NCBI GenBank assembly: GCA_026393865.1
Contig: JAPKZI010000031.1
Location: 1-53,269 of the forward strand
DNA length: 53,269 nucleotides
Source: Candidatus Aminicenantes bacterium
Lineage (GTDB): Bacteria > Acidobacteriota > Aminicenantia > Aminicenantales > UBA4085
Reading direction: 5' to 3'
Under the pieces are notes generated by a model. That model was not told where the DNA came from. It searched no databases and saw only the letters and a program-made list of their open reading frames with translations. Every line of letters begins with the position of its first letter. Position 1 is the first letter of the stretch. The position numbers and the translations under genes were made by a program. Positions 1 through 7,883 of this stretch are shown here, one piece after another.

Positions 1-363
1 CTGCCCGAACGGCGGAGCGCCGGGTTGACCGAGAGTGTCTCTGAAGTTTCGGCCGGGGCCCTCGAACACCTCAAGGTCGCCCGCGTCCCCAATCTCGCTC
101 AAACTATGGACGGGCTCAAAAAGCGGGGCATCTGGCTCGTCGGCGCGGAAAGCGGCGGCGAAGGGGAATACTACGAATTCGATTACGCTCAACCCGTGGG
201 GCTCGTCTTCGGCTCTGAAGGCAAGGGGCTCCGCCCTCTCGTCCGGAAGAAATGCGACAAGATCCTGTCCATTCCCCTCCGCGGCAAGGTCAATTCGCTC
301 AACGTCGCCTCCGCCGCCTCGGTCTTTTTGTTTGAGGTGGTTCGTCAGAGACGCGAAACGTAG
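1..363 (+). CDS. rlmB: 23S rRNA (guanosine-2'-O)-methyltransferase RlmB-like, SpoU/TrmH family; C-terminal fragment, 5' end outside window
   Basis: Frame 1 is open from nt 1 to the stop at 361-363. SpoU/TrmH C-terminal knot motifs are present: GLVFGSEGKGLRPL and IPLRGKVNSLNVASAASVFLFEVVRQR, closely resembling the RlmB C-terminus. Confidence 0.75.
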   Translation: MPERRSAGLTESVSEVSAGALEHLKVARVPNLAQTMDGLKKRGIWLVGAESGGEGEYYEFDYAQPVGLVFGSEGKGLRPLVRKKCDKILSIPLRGKVNSLNVASAASVFLFEVVRQRRET

Positions 364-381
364 ACCACTCCCTCTAAAAAC

Positions 382-408
382 CCGGATCGGGAGCGAGGCC
401 GATTCCGG
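382..408 (-). terminator. Hairpin between convergent genes; on the minus strand it is followed by a U-run (candidate intrinsic terminator of the large repeat protein gene)
   Basis: CCGGATCGG (382-390) pairs with CCGATTCCGG (399-408), one bulged T and an 8-nt loop. The minus-strand transcript continues with GGUUUUUAG (complement of 371-381). Confidence 0.35.
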
Positions 409-418
409 ATCTTCTCCC

Positions 419-3400
419 TCAGAATTTCGGATCGATGTGGATCCGAAGTCTCCGTTGCTGCTCGATCCGTCCACCCTCTCCCTGGAGAAAGACGAAATCA
501 TAATCCCCGATAAACCCCGGTCCGGGAAGCCAGGAAAAGAGGCCGGTTCGCGCGTTCAGGGTCGAGCCTATCGGAATCGGCCTCAGCTCCCGGCCGACCA
601 ATAGATACCCGGAATACCGGCTCGTCTTTTTTCCTTCGGATAGGCTTATAGCTTGAACGGCCGGATTCAGATGAATCTCGAGGCGCTCGAGTTCATGGAT
701 GTCGATCTTGATCCCGCCGGGCGAGTCGGGGTATTGGGCTTCCAGCCGGGCTTTCGGATCGAAGCCCTTCCGGAAATGAATGGGACTCGAAAAATTATTC
801 GGAACCGCGGCCAATTCTGATAACTTGGCGAACCGCGTAACGGATTGAATGATATTGTCCAAAAGGAGGAGAGAAAAATAACGGCTGCCGATACCGTCCG
901 CGTTTCCCCCGGTGTCCGACGCGGTCCAATAGATCGTGTGCACCCCGTTCGCATAGCCCGTGGTATTAAAATCGAAATAGCCGACGGCCCCATTGCTGTT
1001 GGCGTAACCCGGGAAAAAAGCAGCGACGTCGGGGCGATAAAGGTTGTAAACCGGGTGGCCGAGCTTGACCCCGTCCACATACGTGTCGATCGTCGAACCG
1101 TCCGTGGGGATGGAGTTGGGCTGCGGCGTGAGCACCCAGCCCCAATTTCTAAAAGGCGATCCTGAAGCCGTTCCCCCCTGGGTGGGCGTCTCGATGGCCC
1201 CGAAAGGCTTGACGGCATGGGCATTGTCGCAAGTGATGGTCTTGGAACCCAGGCTCACCTCGGTGCCCTCGACGTCCTTGGCCAGGGCGTAGAGGGTGTA
1301 CTTTCCGTTACCGCCGCCCGGCAGGAAGTTCGTCAGCATCATATAGCCCCATCCGGCCTTGTAATTATTAGGATATTGGGGGTAGGCTTGTTCGACGTCC
1401 GGCCTCGCTCCTTCGACAAAAACGGTGTCGCCGATATAGAATAATGTATCGCTGTCGCCCTGCTTGCCCCAAATTTTGACGTACTCCACGCCGACATCGT
1501 CCAATACCCAGCCCGTCACGGGGATCGACGACATCACCGTCGATTGGTCCGCGGGAGCGGCGAAATCGCCGAAGGGCGTGCTGTTCAATCCGCTGCCGTA
1601 CACATTCAGTCCGACAAGTAACGATTGGGGGGAGTTGCTCGCGTTAGGGTCTGAAACCTGGATCGTGCCGGAATACGTTCCCGCTGCCAATCTTGACGGA
1701 TTCACGGAGATGCCTACCGTCCTCGCTCCCGTTCCGGACTTCGGGGATACGTCGATCCAGCTCTGGTTGGGGTCGGCGTTCCAATTCAAGACACCTCCTC
1801 CCGAATTTTGAATCAAGAACGTCTGTCCGGGCGGGGACGAACCTCCCCCCTGCGCCCCGAAATAGAGCTTGTTTCGATTCAGTTGTATGGCCGGCGGAGC
1901 CGTTGTTGTTATATTGAATAATGAGTCGCTCACGCAATACACGTCCGTCGGAGCGGCGGCATCGGCATCGCTGATCTGGACGAGGCAGGACGTCGACGGC
2001 GTTGATGGGACGGTCCAGGGGTACGACCCGGTATTCGGCGTCGAGGCGACGATCGTCGTCCATGTGTCGCCCCCGTCCGTGGAATACTCGGCCTTCACGT
2101 TGCCGACCGTCCCGGTCGATGTCCATTGGATCGTCCGGGAACTCCCGACCTGCCAGGTTTCTCCGCCGTTCGGGGAGGCCACCCCTAGGCCGTCGGTCGT
2201 GGAGCTCCAGATTTCCCTTCGGGTTGCGGTGTCCGTGGCGGCAAAATACAGCACCCCGTTGATATTCGTGAGATTGAGCGGATTCGAACCTCTCTCTCCG
2301 GCATAGATATCGGCCACGCGTTCGGGCGCGCCGTAAGGCGCCGGGGCATTGCCGGAGGGAGGGGTCCAGGGGTATGTCTGGGGGATAAAATACAGCTCGC
2401 TTCCATACATCGGATCTTTGGAATTGAAGTAGATCCCTTGGCCGGGGACGAACAAGACGGCGTTGGGGTCCCCGGAGGCCGCACCGGGATTGATGTCGAA
2501 AACCTGGAGATTCTGGACGGGAGCGGGAGAATTCGGATCGAGGATCGCCAGCTCTCTGCCGGTGGCAGTTCCCGCCGTGCCGGCGAAAATGATCCGGCCC
2601 GACGAATCGATTTGGATGTTGGTCGGATTGGACGAGGCGGTCCCGGGATTGATGTCGTAGACATTGAGATCGCTGACGAAGGTCGGAGAGTTCGGATCTC
2701 CCATCAGAAGCTCCTGGCCTTGGGCCGCGCTTTTTGTGCCGCCGAAGACGATCTGACCGGAGGAGTTGAAAGCGATGGATGTCGGATTAGAGGAGGCCGT
2801 TCCGGGATTGATGTCGAAGAAGTCGAAGGAGTCGTTCCCCGGCCGGAATATTCCGAGCTCACCGCCTATATCGGCCTTCCAGGCCGAATAATAGAGATTT
2901 CCTCCGGGACCGACGCTTAAACCTGCGGGCTGAGAGCAAATCGGATTCGAATTCAGGTCATAATATTTCCATTGTCCGGTCGGAAGATCAAGGCGATACA
3001 ATTCGTATCCGGAAGTCGGGGTATACCCTCCGAAAAAAAGGTTCGAGCCGGACAAGGTCAGCTCGTAAGGATAGGATCCTCCCGTCCCGGGAATGATATC
3101 GTGGAACTGAATCCCTCCTGTTAGAGGGGCGATATACAGCTCCTGACCGGTCGTCTGCCGGGTGGCGTTAAAATAGACAGCATTGGGATCCGTGATGATG
3201 GAACTGATATTGGCCGAACCGTCGGAATTGACGATGATCTGCTGGGTCGTACCCGATGCCGGATTATAATTGTACAATTGCTGGCTGTTGACACCGTTAT
3301 CGGCGGCGAACCAGAGGTTGCTGTTCGGATCGACGTTGAGGGCGACCGGGTCGGCCAGGCCGTTGTTGCGGAGGGCGGTCTCCCTTCTTGCCCGCCGTCT

Positions 3401-3562
3401 TTTCTTTTTGCGTTGTCGCGGCCCCGACGAATTTTGCTCGGCCGGTTTGATCACGGTCCCCTTCGTCAGGGGCAAGGCGTCTTTTAGGGCCGACATGCCC
3501 ATGGCGAGAGCGAACAACGCTACGATCGTCAGGATGATTTTTGTGACGGAAATGCGTCTCAT
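419..3562 (-). CDS. Large exported or membrane-anchored repeat protein: N-terminal signal/anchor, polybasic stretch, about 8 ELWxxDGT-type propeller-like repeats, BACON/Ig-like domains
   Basis: 1047-aa ORF. N-terminal hydrophobic segment IILTIVALFALAMGMSAL is followed by RQRKKKRRRARRE. Repeat units such as DINPGTASSNPT...G(Q/R)EL end in ...NGVLYFAATDTATRREIWSSTTDG. A BACON-like segment reads LYFGAQGGG...TFLIQNSGGGVLNW. Two related C-terminal Ig-like modules begin PFGDFAAP... and PFGAIETP... Confidence 0.8.
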   Translation of the reverse strand: MRRISVTKIILTIVALFALAMGMSALKDALPLTKGTVIKPAEQNSSGPRQRKKKRRRARRETALRNNGLADPVALNVDPNSNLWFAADNGVNSQQLYNYNPASGTTQQIIVNSDGSANISSIITDPNAVYFNATRQTTGQELYIAPLTGGIQFHDIIPGTGGSYPYELTLSGSNLFFGGYTPTSGYELYRLDLPTGQWKYYDLNSNPICSQPAGLSVGPGGNLYYSAWKADIGGELGIFRPGNDSFDFFDINPGTASSNPTSIAFNSSGQIVFGGTKSAAQGQELLMGDPNSPTFVSDLNVYDINPGTASSNPTNIQIDSSGRIIFAGTAGTATGRELAILDPNSPAPVQNLQVFDINPGAASGDPNAVLFVPGQGIYFNSKDPMYGSELYFIPQTYPWTPPSGNAPAPYGAPERVADIYAGERGSNPLNLTNINGVLYFAATDTATRREIWSSTTDGLGVASPNGGETWQVGSSRTIQWTSTGTVGNVKAEYSTDGGDTWTTIVASTPNTGSYPWTVPSTPSTSCLVQISDADAAAPTDVYCVSDSLFNITTTAPPAIQLNRNKLYFGAQGGGSSPPGQTFLIQNSGGGVLNWNADPNQSWIDVSPKSGTGARTVGISVNPSRLAAGTYSGTIQVSDPNASNSPQSLLVGLNVYGSGLNSTPFGDFAAPADQSTVMSSIPVTGWVLDDVGVEYVKIWGKQGDSDTLFYIGDTVFVEGARPDVEQAYPQYPNNYKAGWGYMMLTNFLPGGGNGKYTLYALAKDVEGTEVSLGSKTITCDNAHAVKPFGAIETPTQGGTASGSPFRNWGWVLTPQPNSIPTDGSTIDTYVDGVKLGHPVYNLYRPDVAAFFPGYANSNGAVGYFDFNTTGYANGVHTIYWTASDTGGNADGIGSRYFSLLLLDNIIQSVTRFAKLSELAAVPNNFSSPIHFRKGFDPKARLEAQYPDSPGGIKIDIHELERLEIHLNPAVQAISLSEGKKTSRYSGYLLVGRELRPIPIGSTLNARTGLFSWLPGPGFIGDYDFVFLQGEGGRIEQQRRLRIHIDPKF
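2363..2821 (-). repeat. Three tandem in-frame coding repeats of about 50 aa inside the large repeat protein
   Basis: CCGGGATTGATGTCG recurs on the plus strand near 2486, 2642 and 2803 (period about 156-160 nt). It corresponds to the FDINPG(T/A)ASS(N/D)P units of the protein. Confidence 0.7.
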
Positions 3563-3657
3563 GGTTCCCCCTTCCCAAACCTGGAATCGGAGGAGAGGAA
3601 TTCCCTTATTTCCCCTCAGATATTTCTCAAATCAAATATATGTGAAAGAATTTTATT

Positions 3658-3686
3658 TTTCAAGAGGCAACAAATATTTATATAAT
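3658..3686 (+). promoter_or_regulatory. Sigma70-like promoter candidate in the AT-rich divergent intergenic region
   Basis: TTTCAA (3658-3663), 17-nt spacer, TATAAT (3681-3686), about 15 nt upstream of the ATG at 3701, implying a very short leader. The region 3600-3700 is conspicuously AT-rich against a GC-rich background. Confidence 0.4.
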
Positions 3687-3700
3687 ACGATCAACAGTCG

Positions 3701-5464
3701 ATGGAACGAGAACCTGGGAAACTTCAGCGGTCCTGCCTTTGGCTCGCCCTGATCAGCCTCGCCGTTTACGTCGGGGCCATGACCCTTTTCAAGATCTCCA
3801 CGAACGACATCTGGATCCATCTCAAAACCGGGGAATACGTCCTCCGCCACGGCTGGGTCCCTCTAACGGACCCGTACTCCTTTGTCGCGGCCGGCCGCCC
3901 TTACATCGCCCACGAGTGGCTGGCCGGGGTGCTGTTCTATGTCGTCTATGCGGCCGGCGGCGTGACGGGGTTGATTTTCTTCAAGGCGGCCGTTCTCTGG
4001 GCCGCCTGCGCCCTGCTTGTCCAGACCGCCAGGCGGCTCCGGGCCCGGATGAGTGTCGTCCTTCCCGCCTTCGCTGCCGCGCTTTACGTCGCCAGCGCCC
4101 GTTTCCTCGAACGGCCCCATATCTTTTCCTTCCTCATGACCGCCCTTTACCTCTGGCTGTTTTTCCGCTATCGGACGGGCGGCCGCGACCGGCGGTGGTT
4201 GTGGGCCATTTTGCCGGCCCATGTCCTGTGGACGAATCTCCACGGAGGCCACATTCAGGGGATCGCCCTGGTGGCCGTTTTAGCGGCCGGCGAGGCTTTC
4301 CATTTCATCCGGGCCCGTTTCTTCGGGCGGGGAAAGGAAAAGGCCCTGCCGGCCCGCGATATCGTTTTTCTCGCCCTCCTCGTTCCAGGCTGCGTCCTGG
4401 CGGCCCTCATCAATCCCTACGGGTATCGGCTGCTCGTGTTTCCCTTCCAGCTGGCCGGGTCCGAGGTGTTCATGCGGACGGTCTTCGAGTGGCAGCCGCC
4501 GTATACGCCCGGGTTCAGCGGCACGACGATGTTTCCGGCCTTTCTCGCCCTCGTCGTCGCTTTCCTGGCCGCGTTCTTCGGCGCCCAGCGCGACCGGACC
4601 CGGTCGGGCGCAGGCAGGGAGTCTCTCGGCGAATTGAACGCCGTGTTCATCGCCGGGCTGGCCTTGACCGCGATCGCTTTAACCGTCATCCGCGTCCAGG
4701 GGCCGTCCGGTCTCTGGAGGCCCGACATCCTCGCTTTTTTTCTTTTGTTTTTATTCGGGCTGTTCGGGCTCTTCGCCATCGCCAACGTCCGTTCTGTGGA
4801 TTTCATCCAGGCCGGTCTCTTCGCTCTCTTTTTCATCCTGAGCCTCAAACACAATCGGGCCGTCGCCGATGCCGCCCTGGTCATCTTCGTCTTCCTTGCG
4901 GCGAACGCTTCGGCTTGGCTCGATCGTCGGACGGCGGCGGTTGCCGGCGCGCCGCCTTGGAGGGACCGCTCGGGCCGGTCGAACGTCGTTCTCGGATCGG
5001 CCTTCCTTATCGCCGCCGCGGTTTGTACCGCTGTCTTCGGCTATCCGTTCGATTTCTCGGGTTCGATCCGGGAGAAAGGCTTCGGGATTGCCTCGAACAT
5101 GCCGGTCCGCGCCGTGGATTTCATCGCCCGGAACCGGCTCAAGGGAAACGCCTTCGTTTCGTACACATTCGCCGGCTTGTTGATCCACCGGATGACCCCG
5201 GACGTCATGGTCAACATGGACTCGCGGAACGATGTTTACGGCGAGGAGCTTTATCTGGAGTACAGCGAAGCCCTGCGGGACCCCGCGGCGATGCGCCGCT
5301 ACCTCCAGCGCTATCCGGTCGACTTTTTTCTCCTCTCCCGGGACGGATTGGCGTCCGCCGTCTACGATGATTTGATTTCGACGGGCGCGTGGATGCCGGC
5401 CTATTCCGATGACCAGGCTCTCGTCCTGGTGAAGCGGAGAACCGGGCCGGACGGCCCGCCCTGA
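3701..5464 (+). CDS. Polytopic integral membrane protein with C-terminal soluble domain; possibly a GT-C-type (PMT/ArnT-like) glycosyltransferase
   Basis: 587-aa ORF with many hydrophobic helices. The first loop motif STNDIWIHLKTGE resembles acidic first-loop motifs of GT-C enzymes. The competing frame (3739..5370) is Arg/Pro-rich junk. The coding call is firm; the function is a low-confidence guess. Confidence 0.6.
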   Translation: MEREPGKLQRSCLWLALISLAVYVGAMTLFKISTNDIWIHLKTGEYVLRHGWVPLTDPYSFVAAGRPYIAHEWLAGVLFYVVYAAGGVTGLIFFKAAVLWAACALLVQTARRLRARMSVVLPAFAAALYVASARFLERPHIFSFLMTALYLWLFFRYRTGGRDRRWLWAILPAHVLWTNLHGGHIQGIALVAVLAAGEAFHFIRARFFGRGKEKALPARDIVFLALLVPGCVLAALINPYGYRLLVFPFQLAGSEVFMRTVFEWQPPYTPGFSGTTMFPAFLALVVAFLAAFFGAQRDRTRSGAGRESLGELNAVFIAGLALTAIALTVIRVQGPSGLWRPDILAFFLLFLFGLFGLFAIANVRSVDFIQAGLFALFFILSLKHNRAVADAALVIFVFLAANASAWLDRRTAAVAGAPPWRDRSGRSNVVLGSAFLIAAAVCTAVFGYPFDFSGSIREKGFGIASNMPVRAVDFIARNRLKGNAFVSYTFAGLLIHRMTPDVMVNMDSRNDVYGEELYLEYSEALRDPAAMRRYLQRYPVDFFLLSRDGLASAVYDDLISTGAWMPAYSDDQALVLVKRRTGPDGPP

Positions 5465-5483
5465 GGAGTCGGCCTCGTCCCGG

Positions 5484-5513
5484 TTGACAGGGGGGCGCTC
5501 GAGTCTATAGAAT
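5484..5513 (+). promoter_or_regulatory. Sigma70-like promoter candidate upstream of accA
   Basis: Perfect TTGACA (5484-5489), then a 16-18 nt spacer to TATAGA/TAGAAT (5506-5513), about 30 nt upstream of the accA ATG. Confidence 0.45.
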
Positions 5514-5544
5514 AATCGCGAATAGAACCGTATTTGGAAGGCCC

Positions 5545-6501
5545 ATGGACATCACCGAAAACTATTATCAATTGGAGAAGCCCATCCTCCAGCTCAAGGA
5601 GCGGATCGACGCTCTCGGCCTGAGCGACGATCCCGGCAAAACTGAGAAGATCGCCGCCCTCAGGCTCGAGATCGAGCAGGAATGGGCCAAGATCTCGCCT
5701 CACCTCAATCCGACCCATATCGTCCATCTCGCCCGGCATCCGAAACGGCCGTACTCTCTCGACTACATCAACGCCCTTATGGAAGATTTCATGGAGATGC
5801 ATGGCGACCGGCGTTTCGCCGACGATCCGGCGATCGTCACCGGCCTGGCTTTTTACAAAGGCGAGACCGTGGCCGTCCTCGGCCAGCAGAAGGGCCGGAC
5901 GACGCGCGAACGGATCGATCGCAATTTCGGCCAGATGAACCCCGAAGGCTACCGGAAGGCCCTGCGGGTAGTGAAACTGGCGGAGAAGTTCGGGTTCCCT
6001 GTCGTCTCCCTGATCGACACGCCCGGCGCTTATCCCGGCATCGGCGCGGAAGAGCGCGGCCAGGCCGAGGCCATCGCCTACAACCTGAAGGTCTTTTCGG
6101 GCCTCCGCGTCCCGATCGTCGTCGTCATTGTCGGCGAAGGCGGGAGCGGCGGCGCGCTGGGCATCGGCATCGGCGATTCGGTGGCCATGCTCGAGAATTC
6201 GTTCTACTCCGTCATCAGCCCCGAAGGCTGCGCGGCCATCCTCTGGAAGGACCAGAACGCAGTGAAGCAGGCGGCGGCGGCCATGAAGATCCGCTCTCAG
6301 GACCTCTGCGGCCTGGGCATCGTCGACAAGATCCTCCCCGAACCGTGCGGCGGGGCCCACATCGATCCCGACCAAACCTACAAGACCGTGGATGAGCATC
6401 TCAGCCGGACCCTGAAAAAGCTCCAACAGAAGTCCACGGACGAGCTCCTTGAGGACCGCTACCAGAAATTCCGGAAGATGGGGATCTACCTCGAAAAGTG
6501 A
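5545..6501 (+). CDS. accA: Acetyl-CoA carboxylase carboxyltransferase alpha subunit
   Basis: 318 aa with AccA hallmarks: HPKRPYSLDYI, GDRRFADDPAIVTGLA, GQQKGRTT.ERI.RNFGQMNPEGYRKALR, IDTPGAYPGIGAEERGQAEAIA. Confidence 0.95.
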   Translation: MDITENYYQLEKPILQLKERIDALGLSDDPGKTEKIAALRLEIEQEWAKISPHLNPTHIVHLARHPKRPYSLDYINALMEDFMEMHGDRRFADDPAIVTGLAFYKGETVAVLGQQKGRTTRERIDRNFGQMNPEGYRKALRVVKLAEKFGFPVVSLIDTPGAYPGIGAEERGQAEAIAYNLKVFSGLRVPIVVVIVGEGGSGGALGIGIGDSVAMLENSFYSVISPEGCAAILWKDQNAVKQAAAAMKIRSQDLCGLGIVDKILPEPCGGAHIDPDQTYKTVDEHLSRTLKKLQQKSTDELLEDRYQKFRKMGIYLEK

Positions 6502-7769
6502 GCGCCGAAACTCCCGCCAAAAAAGAGCTCGCCGCGATCAAGGGAACGAAGGACATCCTGCCCGGCGAGGTCGAGGTCTGGCAGGCGGTCGAGGCCGAGA
6601 CCCGGCGCTTGGTCGAACTCTACGGTTATCGGGAACTGCGGACGCCGATCATCGAGCCGACCGAGCTGTTCGAGAAGGGGACCGGCGAGACCTCAGACAT
6701 CGTCACCAAGGAGATGTACACATTCACCGACAAGGGCGGCCGCTCGATCACCCTCCGCCCGGAGTACACGCCGTCCATGGCCAGGGCCATCCTCGAGCAC
6801 CGGCTCGACCTCCTGCCGGAGCCGATGCGGTACTACTATATCGGACCGATGTTCCGCTACGACAAGCCCCAGAAAGGCCGCTACCGCCAGTTCCACCAGC
6901 TCGACATCGAGGTCTTCAACGAAAAGGACCCGGCCATCGACGCCGAGATCATCGAAATGGCCGACGCCCTGCTCCGGACGCTGGGCGTCGAGGGGACCGA
7001 GACGCTGGTGAATTCCGTCGGCTGCCGGGCCTGCCGGCCGGCCTACTCGCGGGACTTGCGGTCCCACGCGGAAAAGGTCCGGGACCGCCTCTGCCCGGAC
7101 TGCCGGCGCAAGATCGCGACCAACCCGCTCCGGATCTTCGACTGCAAGGTCGAGGGCTGCCGCGAGCAGGCCGCCCTCTTTCCCAAGATCACGGCCACCC
7201 TCTGCCAGGAATGCCGCGAGCATTTCGCCCGGGTCTGTTCCTATCTTGACCTTTACAAGGTCGCCTATCGGGTCGAGCCGAATCTGGTCCGCGGCCTCGA
7301 TTATTATACGAAGACGACGTTCGAGATCATCAGCGGCGGTCTGGGCGCCCAGAACGCCCTCCTCGGCGGCGGCCGCTACGACGACATGATGAAGGATTTC
7401 GGCGGTCCGGACATCTGCGGGATCGGCTTCGCCATGGGCGTCGAGCGCCTGATCTCCGTCCTCCAGATCCGGCCGGAGCGGAAGACGGTCCTGTATATCG
7501 CCCACATGGGCGATGCCGGCAAGCGGAAGGGTCTCGAGCTCGCCCGTTTTTTCCGGAGGAACGGCGTCGAAAGCCTCGTGGAGTTCGGGAGCAAAGGATT
7601 CAAAGCCCAGTTCGGCCGGGCCAACAAGCTGGGCGCGGCCTGGGTCCTCGTCATCGGCGAGGACGAGATCCGCAAGGGACTGTATCAGCTCAAGGACATG
7701 GCCGCCGGGACCCAGACCGAGGGTACACCCGAGGATCTACTGAAGATCATTCAGGATAAGAAAATTTAG
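6498..7769 (+). CDS. hisS: Histidine--tRNA ligase
   Basis: 423 aa. GTG start overlaps the accA stop (GTGA). Class II HisRS motifs: IKGTKDILPGE, ELRTPIIE, MYTFTDKGGRSITLRPE.T, FRYDKPQKGRYRQFHQ, GGGRYD. Confidence 0.93.
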   Translation: MSAETPAKKELAAIKGTKDILPGEVEVWQAVEAETRRLVELYGYRELRTPIIEPTELFEKGTGETSDIVTKEMYTFTDKGGRSITLRPEYTPSMARAILEHRLDLLPEPMRYYYIGPMFRYDKPQKGRYRQFHQLDIEVFNEKDPAIDAEIIEMADALLRTLGVEGTETLVNSVGCRACRPAYSRDLRSHAEKVRDRLCPDCRRKIATNPLRIFDCKVEGCREQAALFPKITATLCQECREHFARVCSYLDLYKVAYRVEPNLVRGLDYYTKTTFEIISGGLGAQNALLGGGRYDDMMKDFGGPDICGIGFAMGVERLISVLQIRPERKTVLYIAHMGDAGKRKGLELARFFRRNGVESLVEFGSKGFKAQFGRANKLGAAWVLVIGEDEIRKGLYQLKDMAAGTQTEGTPEDLLKIIQDKKI

Positions 7770-7773
7770 GCTG

Positions 7774-7861
7774 GTCATTGCGAGGTCGACGAAGTCGGCC
7801 GTGGCAATCGCGCTAGACAACGCGACCCAATGAGATTGCCACGCCAAGGGCTCGCAATGAC
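7774..7861. repeat. Nested palindromic (REP/MITE-like) intergenic element
   Basis: Outer arms GTCATTGCGAG (7774-7784) and CTCGCAATGAC (7851-7861) are perfect reverse complements. So are inner arms GTGGCAATC (7801-7809) and GATTGCCAC (7834-7842). It spuriously translates as RLPRQGLAMT at the head of the long aspS ORF. Confidence 0.7.
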
Positions 7862-7883
7862 AGGATGGCAAAGAAAGAAAAAA

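Noticed and set aside
2363-2821. Periodic repeats of about 156-160 nt that could be mistaken for a repeat array or CRISPR
   Set aside because: The units are too long, contiguous without unique spacers, and in-frame within a 1047-aa ORF. They encode protein repeats (DINPGTASSNP...).
3739-5370. 543-aa alternative plus-strand frame overlapping the membrane protein gene
   Set aside because: It is extremely Arg/Pro/Gly-rich with no secondary-structure-like periodicity. The 3701..5464 frame encodes regular hydrophobic helices.
7830-7883. N-terminal extension of the aspS ORF (MRLPRQGLAMTGWQRKKK)
   Set aside because: These codons lie within the right arm of the palindromic intergenic element, so this is a spurious translation of a repeat. 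The AspRS homology begins after the ATG at 7884.
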